From contig OY760505.1 of NCBI GenBank assembly GCA_963663545.1, forward strand, positions 352,001 through 416,000: a stretch of DNA of 64,000 bases, in the 5' to 3' direction. The stretch is from Candidatus Delongbacteria bacterium (GTDB lineage Bacteria; CAIWAD01). The notes below the pieces were generated by a model. It worked only from the letters and a program-made list of their open reading frames with translations. It was not told where the DNA came from and did not search any database. This document shows, piece by piece, positions 28,759 to 38,292 of the stretch. The translations under genes were made by a program, and so were the position numbers. Each line of letters opens with the position of its first letter. Positions within the stretch are counted from its first letter, which is position 1.

Positions 28759-29152
28759 GTTCTGACGCAGGGGAATTGAAGTAATCACTTTAAATAACAA
28801 CAGCTTGTTACGAAGTGAATTGATCCAAATCTGGAAAAGTGTTCAATCCGCCTGAAACAGAACAAGTATTCTGTTTGGTAGCCCCCAAAGCCAGCTGACC
28901 GCAGCGTGGCACGCGGGGCACGTGTGCTTGTAAAGCATGTGCATTGAACGCTACCCTATCTGTAGAAAGCTGCAGATGGCGCGGAATCTGTGCTGGCTGG
29001 CGTAAGTGTTGCCCCCTGACTGCATTTCCTCCAGCCTGAGGTCTTCCACGATGCCAGCGCAATGGCACAATCTGCATCAGAAGAGTTGCAGCAGGCAAAT
29101 CGAGCAATCTTCCTATCTTGATGAAGTTCGCGTTGTGATACATGGAGATGTC

Positions 29153-30118
29153 GTGCAAGCCATTCCTCCGCTTTTCCCGCTTGATGATTGGAAGGATAGC
29201 CGCTACCGTCGCGATTTCCCGCGCGTCCCCGAATTAGTCAACGAGCTGCCCGACGGCCTGCGCAACCGCATCTTCGCGGGCGACTGTGCAGAGCTGTTCG
29301 CCCGGCTTCCCGACAACAGCATCGACCTGATCCTCACCGACCCGCCTTACAAGGACTACCAGTCCAACCGGCCCGTAGCGCGCGAAAAGGTGAAGAAGAT
29401 CCACGTCAATACCTTTGACCTGGGGCTCTTCATTCGCGAATCCAACCGTGTATTAAAGCCGGGCGCGCACTTCTACTGCTGGTGCGATCATCTGACCTTC
29501 GCGGGTATTTATGAGGAGCTGCGCGCACTGACAGCTGGCCTCACCTCCAAGGAAGCGCGCAACCATCTGCACTACAAGAACATGCTGGTCTGGGTCAAGA
29601 ACAACCACGGCTCAGGCGACCTGAAGGGCAATTATGCGCCGCAGCACGAGGTCGTGATCTACGGAGCCAAGGGCGCGACGCGGCCCCTGATCGGTAGTCG
29701 CCCCACCAACGTCTTCTTCGATCGCGACGAGCAAGGCAACATCAGCTTCTATAGCAAGGTCAGCAACTACCGTTTTCAGCACGGCACCAGCAAGCCGCTG
29801 GCCATTCTGCGGCAGATGATCCTGAAGAGCACGCATTTGGGCGAAGTGGTGCTGGACCCCTACGGCGGCAGCATGTCCACCGCCGAGGCCGCCATGGAAG
29901 AGGGCCGCGCGTTTATCATGGGCGAACTGGACGGCGATCACTGTCGACGCGGGCTGGAACGTTTGCAGGAAGTACGCGAGCGTCTGTTGGCAGGTGGGCA
30001 TCCAGACCGCTTTCCGGGGCTTGAGCTGATTGAGATGGATCAGCCAGTCGAAACACATCCACTGCTGTTCGCACCGGATGAAATTGCCGCTCAACCCATT
30101 CAGATTCCTAGCGCATAG
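29153..30118 (+). CDS. Orphan N6-A/N4-C DNA methyltransferase (beta class)
   Basis: IDLILTDPPY precedes H.T.KP and VVLDPYGGSMST. Probable GTG start at 29153 after GGAG. Confidence 0.88.
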   Translation: MQAIPPLFPLDDWKDSRYRRDFPRVPELVNELPDGLRNRIFAGDCAELFARLPDNSIDLILTDPPYKDYQSNRPVAREKVKKIHVNTFDLGLFIRESNRVLKPGAHFYCWCDHLTFAGIYEELRALTAGLTSKEARNHLHYKNMLVWVKNNHGSGDLKGNYAPQHEVVIYGAKGATRPLIGSRPTNVFFDRDEQGNISFYSKVSNYRFQHGTSKPLAILRQMILKSTHLGEVVLDPYGGSMSTAEAAMEEGRAFIMGELDGDHCRRGLERLQEVRERLLAGGHPDRFPGLELIEMDQPVETHPLLFAPDEIAAQPIQIPSA

Positions 30119-30184
30119 TGAGCTACCGGCAAAGCTAAAGGTTGGCAGGCTGGACAGATCCGGCGTTGAGGTGCCAGAGGGGGG

Positions 30185-31534
30185 TCAGACACTGCTCTGA
30201 CACGGGTCAGACACCAACTCCCCCAAAACCACTTCGCCCTCCACCCGCATCAGCCGCACATTCCACACGCACCCTGCTACTTCCGCTACGTTCTCCGGTG
30301 ATACATTCACCTTCACTCGAAGATAGTTGGAAGTGAAGCCACTCAGTGCCCCATCTCGAAAGTCGCGCTCCAGCAGCACGCGCTGGGTCGATCCCAGCCA
30401 ACGCTGCTGCCAGTCCGCCTTTTTCTTCCTGCCCAACTCCAGCAGCTGATTCGCGCGCTCCTTGCGTATCACGCGAGGTACGACTTCGCTCATCTCGACA
30501 GCGCGAGTTCCCTTGCGCTCGCTGTAGGGAAACACATGCAGATTGGAAAAGGGCACACGTTGAATCATGTCCACCGTGGCGGCGAAATCCGCATCGTTCT
30601 CGCCGGGGAAACCTGTCATGACATCGGTGCCCAGACCGATGTGCGGAATGCGTGAACCAATCTCCTCGAAGAGATCCAGCAGACCCCGCCGCGTGATACG
30701 CCGCCTCATGCGCTTCAGCACACGCGCGCTGCCCGATTGGATGGCCGTGTGCAGGTGAGCGCACAGACGCGGCTCCCCGGCCATCAACTCAATCAGCTCG
30801 TGTGATACATCCCAGGGTTCAATGGACGACAACCGTAGGCGCTTCAGATCCGGCAGCTGCAGCAGGCACTTGCAGAGCTCCGTCAGCGTGATCCCCCCAG
30901 GCAGGTCGCGGCCATAGTCGCCAATGTGTACGCCCGTCAACACGAGCTCCGGATGTCCTGCCGCCACAAGGCGACTCGCCTGCGCCAGGACCTCGCCCGG
31001 AATCAGACTGCGGCTGCGCCCTCGTGTCAGCGGCACAATGCAGTAACTGCAGAAAACATCGCAGCCGTCCTGCACTTTGAGAAAAGCACGCGTCTGCTTG
31101 TGAAAGGCGCCAACAGGCAACAGCCTGCGCTCTTCACGGCTGGCGCTGGGACCGACGATCACTTGCGCCTGCGCTTGTTTGCCGTGATACAATCCAAGAT
31201 GCTCAAGCAGTTGGCCCTTCTCCAGATTGCCCAGCACCAGATCCACACCCTCAATGGCAGCGATCTCTTCTGCAGCCACCTGGCAGTAACAGCCCGTCAC
31301 GACCATCATCGCCTCGGGATACCTGCGCAGCGCGGCGCGTATCACCTGACGCGCTTTCTGATCTGCGCGATCCGTGACGGTGCACGTGTCCACCAGCAGC
31401 AGCTCGGCCTCTGTGTGCCAAGGCACAATCTCCCAACCGGCCCGGCTGAGCTGTTCCAACATGGCTTCCGTCTCGTAGGTGTTGAGCTTGCAGCCTAGGC
31501 TATAGGCGCTCGCTCGCAGCACAGGCGCACTCAT
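30185..31534 (-). CDS. mtaB: tRNA t6A37 methylthiotransferase (radical SAM)
   Basis: LGCKLNTYE, TCTVT..AD.KARQ, KVQDGCDVFCSYCIVP..RG, LHVFPYSER.GT. Confidence 0.92.
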   Translation of the reverse strand: MSAPVLRASAYSLGCKLNTYETEAMLEQLSRAGWEIVPWHTEAELLLVDTCTVTDRADQKARQVIRAALRRYPEAMMVVTGCYCQVAAEEIAAIEGVDLVLGNLEKGQLLEHLGLYHGKQAQAQVIVGPSASREERRLLPVGAFHKQTRAFLKVQDGCDVFCSYCIVPLTRGRSRSLIPGEVLAQASRLVAAGHPELVLTGVHIGDYGRDLPGGITLTELCKCLLQLPDLKRLRLSSIEPWDVSHELIELMAGEPRLCAHLHTAIQSGSARVLKRMRRRITRRGLLDLFEEIGSRIPHIGLGTDVMTGFPGENDADFAATVDMIQRVPFSNLHVFPYSERKGTRAVEMSEVVPRVIRKERANQLLELGRKKKADWQQRWLGSTQRVLLERDFRDGALSGFTSNYLRVKVNVSPENVAEVAGCVWNVRLMRVEGEVVLGELVSDPCQSSV

Positions 31535-31545
31535 GGCAGCTCCAG

Positions 31546-31577
31546 AAAAAAGCCGGCCCGCAGAGAGCGGACCGGCT
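31546..31577 (-). terminator. Rho-independent terminator after rpsA
   Basis: Minus strand AGCCGGTCCGC-TCTCT-GCGGGCCGGCT followed by TTTTT. Confidence 0.8.
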
Positions 31578-31602
31578 GGATCACATGATTGTGCGACGGG
31601 GA

Positions 31603-33465
31603 CTATTCCTCGTCGTCACTCATCAGACCGGCCTTGCGCAGAGCGTCGCCCATGGCACCGCCAGCACCACTGCCACTATTGCTGGCGGCGGGCGCAGACT
31701 GGTTCTTGCGGGAGTATTCGGCCACGGCCTGGGTCTCGTCGTTCAGACGCGGCGGAGTGGCCAGAATGACCTTCTTGTTGTTGCGATCGTACTCGATGAT
31801 TTTGAAGGTCGAGGTCTCGCCCTCATTGAACTGGACCTTGTTGCCCTCGTCATCGGTCTGACGCAGCTTACTGTTGGGAACGAAGCCTTCGAGGCCGTGC
31901 GGCAGGGTCACAACAAGACCCTTGTCGATAACCTTGGTGATCTCGCACTCGGCCATGCTGCCCACGTTGTACTCGCCTTCGAACTTCTCCCAGGGATTCT
32001 CCTCGAGCTGCTTGACACCCAGCGCGATGCGACGCTCGTCGCGATCGAACTGCAGCACCTGCACCTGAAGCTCCTGGTCCTTCTTGACCAGCTCGCCCGG
32101 GTGACGCAGCTTGCGGGTCCAGGAAAGGTCGCTGATGTGCACCAGGCCCTCGATGCCAGCTTCCAACTCGACGAACACGCCGAAGGGAACCAGGTCACGC
32201 ACGACGCCGGTGTGCACCGTACCAATGGCGTACTTCTCAGCCAGCTCTTCCCAGGGATTGGGCTCGGTCTGCTTGAGACCCAGGCTGATCTTGCGCTCTT
32301 CCTTGCGCACCTCGAGCACCATCACCTCGACCTCCTGGCCGACGCTCAGAATCTGACTCGGATGCTTGACGTGCTGGGTCCAGCTCATCTCGCTGATATG
32401 AATCAGGCCCTCGATACCCTCGGAAAGCTCCACAAAGGCACCGTAGCGGGTCAGGCTGACCACCTTGCCCTGAACGCGCTCGCCCACCGGATAACGCTCG
32501 TCGACGTCGTTCCAGGGGTGCGGCTGCAGTTGCTTGAGGCCGATGGAAATGCGATTCCGGTCGCGATCGAAGTTGAGCACCTTGACGGTGATCTTCTGAT
32601 CCAGCTTGACCACGTCGGAAGGATGATTGACACGACCCCAGGACAGGTCGGTGATGTGCAACAGTCCGTCCACACCGCCCAGGTCGACGAAGACGCCGAA
32701 GTTGGTGATGTTCTTGACCACACCCTCGCGGATCTGGCCGACTTCCAGCTCGCCCAGGACCTTCTCGCGGATCTCGCGCATGTCCTCTTCGATGAGCACC
32801 TTGCGGCTGACGACGATGTTCTTGCGCGCGTCGTTAATCTTGACGATACGGAAGTCCATCTTCTTGCCGATGAGGCCGTCGAAGTCGCGGACCGGATGAA
32901 TGTCGATCTGGCTGCCGGGCAGGAAGGCGTCGATACCCATCAGGTCGACCACGAGGCCGCCCTTGATGCGACGAATGACCTTACCCTCGATCACGGCACT
33001 GTCGTTCTCGAGCGTCTTCAGGGACATCCAGGTGCGCTCCACGTCGGCGCGCTTCTTGGATAGCATCAGCGTGCCGCCGGGACCTTCGAACTTCTCGATG
33101 AAGACTTCGATGGTGTCGCCGATGGTCAGCGCCTTGGGATCGTCAAACTCGTCCAGGGGAACCCAACCTTCGGACTTAAAGCCGATGTCCACTGCCACGT
33201 CACGATCGGTGATGTTGACAATGCGGCCCTCGGAGATCGAATTCTCCTGGTTGTCCTTGAAGGTCTCGTTGTACAGGGCTTCCAACTGGTCCCGCTCATT
33301 GGCGGAGTAGGAATACTCTTCCGCAAAGAGGTCTTCGTCGCTCAGCTCAAACTCGGACTTCACGGGTGTCTTGGCGGCTGCTGCAACCGGCTGGGTCGCT
33401 TCAACCTGCGGGGTGGCCTCTACCGGGGTCTCTTCCGGTGCGGGATTCCTGGTTTCTTCGGACAT
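31603..33465 (-). CDS. rpsA: 30S ribosomal protein S1
   Basis: Six S1 repeats (VDIGFKSEG, FLPGSQID, GLLHITDLSWGRV.HP, GLIHISEMSW). Confidence 0.97.
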   Translation of the reverse strand: MSEETRNPAPEETPVEATPQVEATQPVAAAAKTPVKSEFELSDEDLFAEEYSYSANERDQLEALYNETFKDNQENSISEGRIVNITDRDVAVDIGFKSEGWVPLDEFDDPKALTIGDTIEVFIEKFEGPGGTLMLSKKRADVERTWMSLKTLENDSAVIEGKVIRRIKGGLVVDLMGIDAFLPGSQIDIHPVRDFDGLIGKKMDFRIVKINDARKNIVVSRKVLIEEDMREIREKVLGELEVGQIREGVVKNITNFGVFVDLGGVDGLLHITDLSWGRVNHPSDVVKLDQKITVKVLNFDRDRNRISIGLKQLQPHPWNDVDERYPVGERVQGKVVSLTRYGAFVELSEGIEGLIHISEMSWTQHVKHPSQILSVGQEVEVMVLEVRKEERKISLGLKQTEPNPWEELAEKYAIGTVHTGVVRDLVPFGVFVELEAGIEGLVHISDLSWTRKLRHPGELVKKDQELQVQVLQFDRDERRIALGVKQLEENPWEKFEGEYNVGSMAECEITKVIDKGLVVTLPHGLEGFVPNSKLRQTDDEGNKVQFNEGETSTFKIIEYDRNNKKVILATPPRLNDETQAVAEYSRKNQSAPAASNSGSGAGGAMGDALRKAGLMSDDEE

Positions 33466-33592
33466 CAGGGTTGTTCCTTACTTGCTTCGTTTGGGGTTGT
33501 ACTCGCCCGACCGCGCCCAGTTCGCGAGCGGGGAAACCGCATAGTATAACACATGAAGATGGAATATGCCGCAAGTTCTCTCATACAATAGG

Positions 33593-33613
33593 AAAGGGCC
33601 GGTTGCCCGGCCC
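33593..33613 (-). terminator. Putative terminator after the lamin-tail gene
   Basis: GGGCCGG-GCAA-CCGGCCC followed by TTT on the minus strand. Confidence 0.55.
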
Positions 33614-33694
33614 ATAGTTGATTGCGTCAATCCGTTTGGATCACGATAGCGATCCGACTCCATTTGGAGTCGGCCTCGATACCGATTCTAAGAG

Positions 33695-35299
33695 TTACTT
33701 CAGCAGAACCATGCGACGGGTCTGGCTCAGGCCATCCGCCTCAAGGTGATACAAGTACACACCGCTGGCGAGCGCACTGGCATCAAAGCTCAGCTGATGC
33801 TCGCCGGCTTCAAGCAGACCCTTCCGAAGCACGGCCACCGTCGCGCCGCTGAGGTCGTAGACGGTCAGCTTGACCTGCGAAACTGCGGGAAGCGTGAACG
33901 CAATGGTAGTGCTGGGATTGAAGGGATTCGGATAATTTTGATGAAGCGAGAAGGTGCCAACCTGCTCATGGGCGTCGGCGGTCTGGTTGGTTGAATTGGG
34001 TGCGCCGGGAGTGCCGCCAAACACGTAGCTGGTGTACCAGTTGTCGCCCTCGTTGTTGTCCAGTGCAGGATCCATCAACTCAAGGCTGGATCCATCGCCG
34101 TCGGCGGCTCCGCCGCCCCAGCCATCGCCGTAGGCCACCAGGTCGATCTGCACGCCGCAGGCGTTCTGCAGCTCCACGCTCTCACCACCGTTGGAGAGAT
34201 TGCCATCGTCCCACTGCAACGGCTCAAAGCCGTACCAGGCCGCAAAGGTGGTCGCGTTTTTGGCGATTACCAGATAGTCTTCGGCAGCGATGCTGCAGGT
34301 GTCGGCAAAAGTGAAGTCGATGCCCTGGGTGAAAGCCCAGCCCGCCAGACTGACCGCGTAGGTATTGGGATTGTAGAGCTCGATGAATTCGTAATCATCA
34401 TCGTCACCCTGGTCGCCGCTGGGATTGAAGTGCAGCTCGTTGATCACGATCACTTCAGCCGCAGCGCAAACGGTGTAAGTGAAGCCGTACTCCGTGTGCA
34501 TGCTGTTGCCCGAGTAAGCCGAGATTTCGTAATACACTTCGGTGCCTGCGGGCTGTCCGGGAATGGTCGTGGACCAGACATTGTCGGCACCTTCGGTCAT
34601 CCACAAGCTGTCGTAGTCATAGACGCCGGGAATGAGGTTGTAGGCCAGTGCCACGGAATCGATGCCAAGAGCACAAATGGCCGTGCAACTCACCTGCACC
34701 GCCTCGAACGCTGTAGGTTGAAGCGGATCCTGGCTGATGCTGCTGATGAGGATCTCGTCACTGATCTCCTGATACACGGAGTTCTGCGCACCGGGAGTAC
34801 CATCGTCCACCAGGGAGGCGGCCCAGTTCACACCCGCATTATTGTCGAAGATCGGGTTGATCAGCTCGCAGCTGGGGCCGTCGCCATCCGCCGCGCTGGG
34901 CCAGTCGTTGCCATCATCATAGGTGACGCTGTCCAGCAGCAGATCGTCGCCATCGTGTAGTTCAATGGTTTCGCCGCTGTTGTTGATTGCCTCTCCGGTA
35001 TCCCACTGGATCACACCGCTGATGCCGTAGTAGGTCTCCACTTCGCTGGCGGTCTGCGCAAGAACCAGATAGCCATGCGCGCCTATTGTGGTGCCCGCAG
35101 GAATGACTCCTTCAACGCCGTTGGCCAGATAAGCCCCGCCAAGATCCACGGCAAAGTCAGCGGTGTTGTAGAGCTCGATGAACTCATAAAGAGCATCGTC
35201 GCCCTGGTCGGGATTGTAATGGATCTCGTTGATCACGATGTCCGCCAGCGCTGCAGTGCAGAACAAGGACATCGAACAAAGCACGAGCAAGCTTTTCAT
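33695..35299 (-). CDS. Secreted protein with two lamin-tail domains and a T9SS-like CTD
   Basis: Two VINE.H.NP...EFIELYN...GTPGA.NS domains and QNYPNPFNPSTTI...LLK. Confidence 0.88.
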   Translation of the reverse strand: MKSLLVLCSMSLFCTAALADIVINEIHYNPDQGDDALYEFIELYNTADFAVDLGGAYLANGVEGVIPAGTTIGAHGYLVLAQTASEVETYYGISGVIQWDTGEAINNSGETIELHDGDDLLLDSVTYDDGNDWPSAADGDGPSCELINPIFDNNAGVNWAASLVDDGTPGAQNSVYQEISDEILISSISQDPLQPTAFEAVQVSCTAICALGIDSVALAYNLIPGVYDYDSLWMTEGADNVWSTTIPGQPAGTEVYYEISAYSGNSMHTEYGFTYTVCAAAEVIVINELHFNPSGDQGDDDDYEFIELYNPNTYAVSLAGWAFTQGIDFTFADTCSIAAEDYLVIAKNATTFAAWYGFEPLQWDDGNLSNGGESVELQNACGVQIDLVAYGDGWGGGAADGDGSSLELMDPALDNNEGDNWYTSYVFGGTPGAPNSTNQTADAHEQVGTFSLHQNYPNPFNPSTTIAFTLPAVSQVKLTVYDLSGATVAVLRKGLLEAGEHQLSFDASALASGVYLYHLEADGLSQTRRMVLLK

Positions 35300-35565
35300 G
35301 GCTTCCCCTCATATGGTTAGTAGATGATTTGATCACTCAGGTAACGCCTGATCCGGACAGAACTGGCGTTGGGCACAACGGAGGGTACCTTAGTATTGTT
35401 AGGCTAGTATGTCGAGTTAAAGCTAGTGCATGTGAAAATATCTGAAGACCCGAACAATGGACGAAAGTCACGTCCCGCTCCAGCCGAAGTCAGCCTGAGC
35501 GGGTTTAGCACATTGCCTCAAGTGGATCACAGGGGAAGAGTGCCAGCACTGCGAATCACGCTCAT

Positions 35566-35690
35566 GTGACATATAAGAAAAGGCCGGATCGCGCCGGCCA
35601 TTTCTTTTGTGTCACGATGATCATGCTAATGTGGCTTTTGGGATAGGCCACTCTCCGATACCGATCCGACTCTGAAGGAGTCGGCACCGA
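35566..35690. repeat. 125-bp direct repeat, copy 1
   Basis: Matches 40971-41095 with 3 mismatches by manual alignment. Confidence 0.92.
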
Positions 35691-35732
35691 TCCGGGTGCA
35701 ACGCAACCGGCAGCGATATCAATGAAGGGCGG

Positions 35733-38255
35733 TTACTTGAGCAGCAGCACACGCTGCACTGCGCTTTGCTCCTCGCCCGCAAGATGCACCAGATAGAGAC
35801 CGCTGGCCAGCGCGCTGCCATCAAAGCGCGCTTCGTGCTCACCAGCGAGGAACTGGCCCTCAGCCAGAGTCTGCACCAGGCGGCCCTGCAGGTCGTAGAC
35901 CTTCAGGCTGAGCTCCTGAGTGCGCTCGGTGTCGAAATTGATCACCGTGCTCGGGTTGAAGGGATTGGGAAATGCTGTTATCGCAAGACTGCCAGGTTGC
36001 GTGATACGAGGGTTGCTCACCCCGACATCTGACACGTTCTCCAACCATCCCAGATGCTGTCCCTGACTCGCACTGTACACGAGGTCGATCAAACCGTCGC
36101 CGTTGATATCACCCGGTTTCATGGCAATCCGATAGGGAAGGTTGCATACAATGGACTCTTCATAATCGCTTTCCGGAGTGTAGCAGTGTACGTACCAATA
36201 CCTCATCGCAAGGACTTCAGCACGAGAATCGCCTGCCAGGTTTGCATAAACAACAGATTCGACCTCGCGATATGCGTGCTGTGGACCAAGGAAATGTACA
36301 CCCCCAAAGCCGTTTCCGCTGTTAGTGTTCTCTATCCATTGAAAATTGTAGACTATTGTGTATTCAGGAATTACGTCCTTGGATATTAAAATGATATCAG
36401 GATCGCCATCGAGATCCAGGTCGTGTGTTCCAAAGTAGTGACAGTAGTATCCCCCTATCCCTACTGAAGAGGTCACTCCGCCATAAGACCCGGCTCCATC
36501 CTCGTTCAAATAGAGGCTCATATGACTACCCGAACAGAGAACCAGGTCATTATCATCATCCTGATCGAAGTCCACAAGTGCAGCGTAGTCAGCTCTTGGG
36601 ACTTCGAAAAGCTCGATGTAGGCAGCAAATGTATCAGCCTGATCAACATGCGGATAGTACACCAGACGTTGCGAAGGTATCTGATACATGAGGACATCGG
36701 GCAGTTGATCGCCGTTTACATCACCACATGTGAGATACCTGACGGTCTCACCACCATCAAGGTATTGTACATTTTTCCGGTATTGCCCAGTACCCAAGTT
36801 CTGCAGCCAGTACACTTCGATCCCACTGCTTTGGCCGTAGGTGTAGTAATAATAGAAATAGTCCAGGTCGCCATCTTGGTCAAAATCCAGCACCTCGCCA
36901 GACAGGGGCACTGGTCCATGGGCATTTCGGTCAAGGAGGATCGCTGGGGAAAAAGCACCGGACGCGTCCTGATTCTCGTACCAGAAAACCCTGCCCTTGT
37001 TGGCGGCAATCAGGTCCAGATCTCCGTCCTCGTCGACATCGAAGAGGTCGAACTCTGAGCACTCAGGGGCCGAGAAAGTCAGATCCGCCTGCCAGGTATA
37101 TTGCGCGTCCACACAATTGTAGACCGTCACCATGCCCTCATTTGCAGCTACTGTGAGCAGCTCACAAGCGCCATCTCCCCACAGATCTGCAGCTTCTGCA
37201 TAGGAAGCCAGCAGCACATCGTCCGCAACCACTTGAGCGGGTTGAAAACTACCCGCGGGAGTAGCGTTGGCGAACCAACTAACCGTATACTGATCCCCAG
37301 AAACCAAACAAACGTCGTAGTCGCCGTCCGCGTCCAGATCGCGCGCCAGCAAGTGCGAAAGCTGGCCCATTCCGGTCGCAATCGAGTGACTCTCTGAGAA
37401 GCCACCACTTCCATTGTTCTCGTACCAGAGAGCTTCTCCCGCTGTAGCATCGGCACACAGCAGATCCAGATCGCCGTCTGCATCCAGATCGGCGACGTCC
37501 AGCTCCGGGATGTAGGCCAACGCAGCACTGATCTCGTGGACAACCAGGAAACTCATCTCCCGGTTCTCGTACCAGAACAGCTGATCGGGACATGCGAGCA
37601 GCACGTCCGCGTCTCCGTCACCATCCAGGTCCACCACATGGAGCGCGCTCACTGCCGAGTACTCTCCACCCACAAGCGTAGGCCCAACAAACGAACCCAT
37701 GCCATTCACATTTTCATATAAGGACACAGTATCACTGAGCAGCAGCAGGTCCAGATCACCATCCTCGTCCAGATCAGCCAGTTCTACGCGCGAACCACCC
37801 GCGTCACTGAGAATCAAGTACCACAGTCCCTGTCCTTCTCCAGTGCCTAAGTTTGGATACCAACGCAATCCAGCTTGACCGGAAGAGACCGTTACAACGT
37901 CGGGATACTGGTCTCCATTCAAGTCGGCCACCTGCAGATCCGTCACATTTCCGGCACTCTCGCCAAACAGATGTTCCTCGGCACAAAAACTGGTACCGAG
38001 ATTCTCAAACCACAGGACCTTGCCGCTGGTCGACGCGCACACCAGATCCAGATCACCATCCAGATCCATGTCTGCAGTCTGTATTGCACGCGTGATGCTC
38101 AGATCCAGGCGCTGGATGGTTCTAGTATCGCTGAACTGAAAGTCCTGTGAATTGCTTATCTGAATCAGCAAGAAGATTGCCAGCGCAGACAGCGTCCATT
38201 TATAGCAATTCAGCACGACTCCAAGGCTGTTTGCCAATTGGCTGCGGTTCTCCAT
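35733..38255 (-). CDS. FG-GAP/VCBS repeat secreted protein with T9SS-like CTD
   Basis: Many DxDxDGDxD repeats and the PNPFNP CTD. Confidence 0.88.
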   Translation of the reverse strand: MENRSQLANSLGVVLNCYKWTLSALAIFLLIQISNSQDFQFSDTRTIQRLDLSITRAIQTADMDLDGDLDLVCASTSGKVLWFENLGTSFCAEEHLFGESAGNVTDLQVADLNGDQYPDVVTVSSGQAGLRWYPNLGTGEGQGLWYLILSDAGGSRVELADLDEDGDLDLLLLSDTVSLYENVNGMGSFVGPTLVGGEYSAVSALHVVDLDGDGDADVLLACPDQLFWYENREMSFLVVHEISAALAYIPELDVADLDADGDLDLLCADATAGEALWYENNGSGGFSESHSIATGMGQLSHLLARDLDADGDYDVCLVSGDQYTVSWFANATPAGSFQPAQVVADDVLLASYAEAADLWGDGACELLTVAANEGMVTVYNCVDAQYTWQADLTFSAPECSEFDLFDVDEDGDLDLIAANKGRVFWYENQDASGAFSPAILLDRNAHGPVPLSGEVLDFDQDGDLDYFYYYYTYGQSSGIEVYWLQNLGTGQYRKNVQYLDGGETVRYLTCGDVNGDQLPDVLMYQIPSQRLVYYPHVDQADTFAAYIELFEVPRADYAALVDFDQDDDNDLVLCSGSHMSLYLNEDGAGSYGGVTSSVGIGGYYCHYFGTHDLDLDGDPDIILISKDVIPEYTIVYNFQWIENTNSGNGFGGVHFLGPQHAYREVESVVYANLAGDSRAEVLAMRYWYVHCYTPESDYEESIVCNLPYRIAMKPGDINGDGLIDLVYSASQGQHLGWLENVSDVGVSNPRITQPGSLAITAFPNPFNPSTVINFDTERTQELSLKVYDLQGRLVQTLAEGQFLAGEHEARFDGSALASGLYLVHLAGEEQSAVQRVLLLK

Positions 38256-38292
38256 TTCACCCTCCGCTTAGTAGTTGGTCCAACAAAGAAGC

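Noticed and set aside
11420-29000. DGR template repeat or reverse transcriptase inside the array
   Set aside because: No AAC-rich non-coding copy of the variable region and no RT motif ORF were found by eye in the intergenic gaps.
29062-29076. TGGCACAATCTGC as a sigma-54 promoter for the methyltransferase
   Set aside because: GG-to-GC spacing is 8 rather than the required 10.
35440-35520. Possible c-di-GMP-I-like riboswitch upstream of the lamin-tail gene
   Set aside because: A stem (CCCGCTC...GAGCGGG) exists, but the GNRA loop and GCAAA consensus are missing; an Infernal/Rfam search would be needed.
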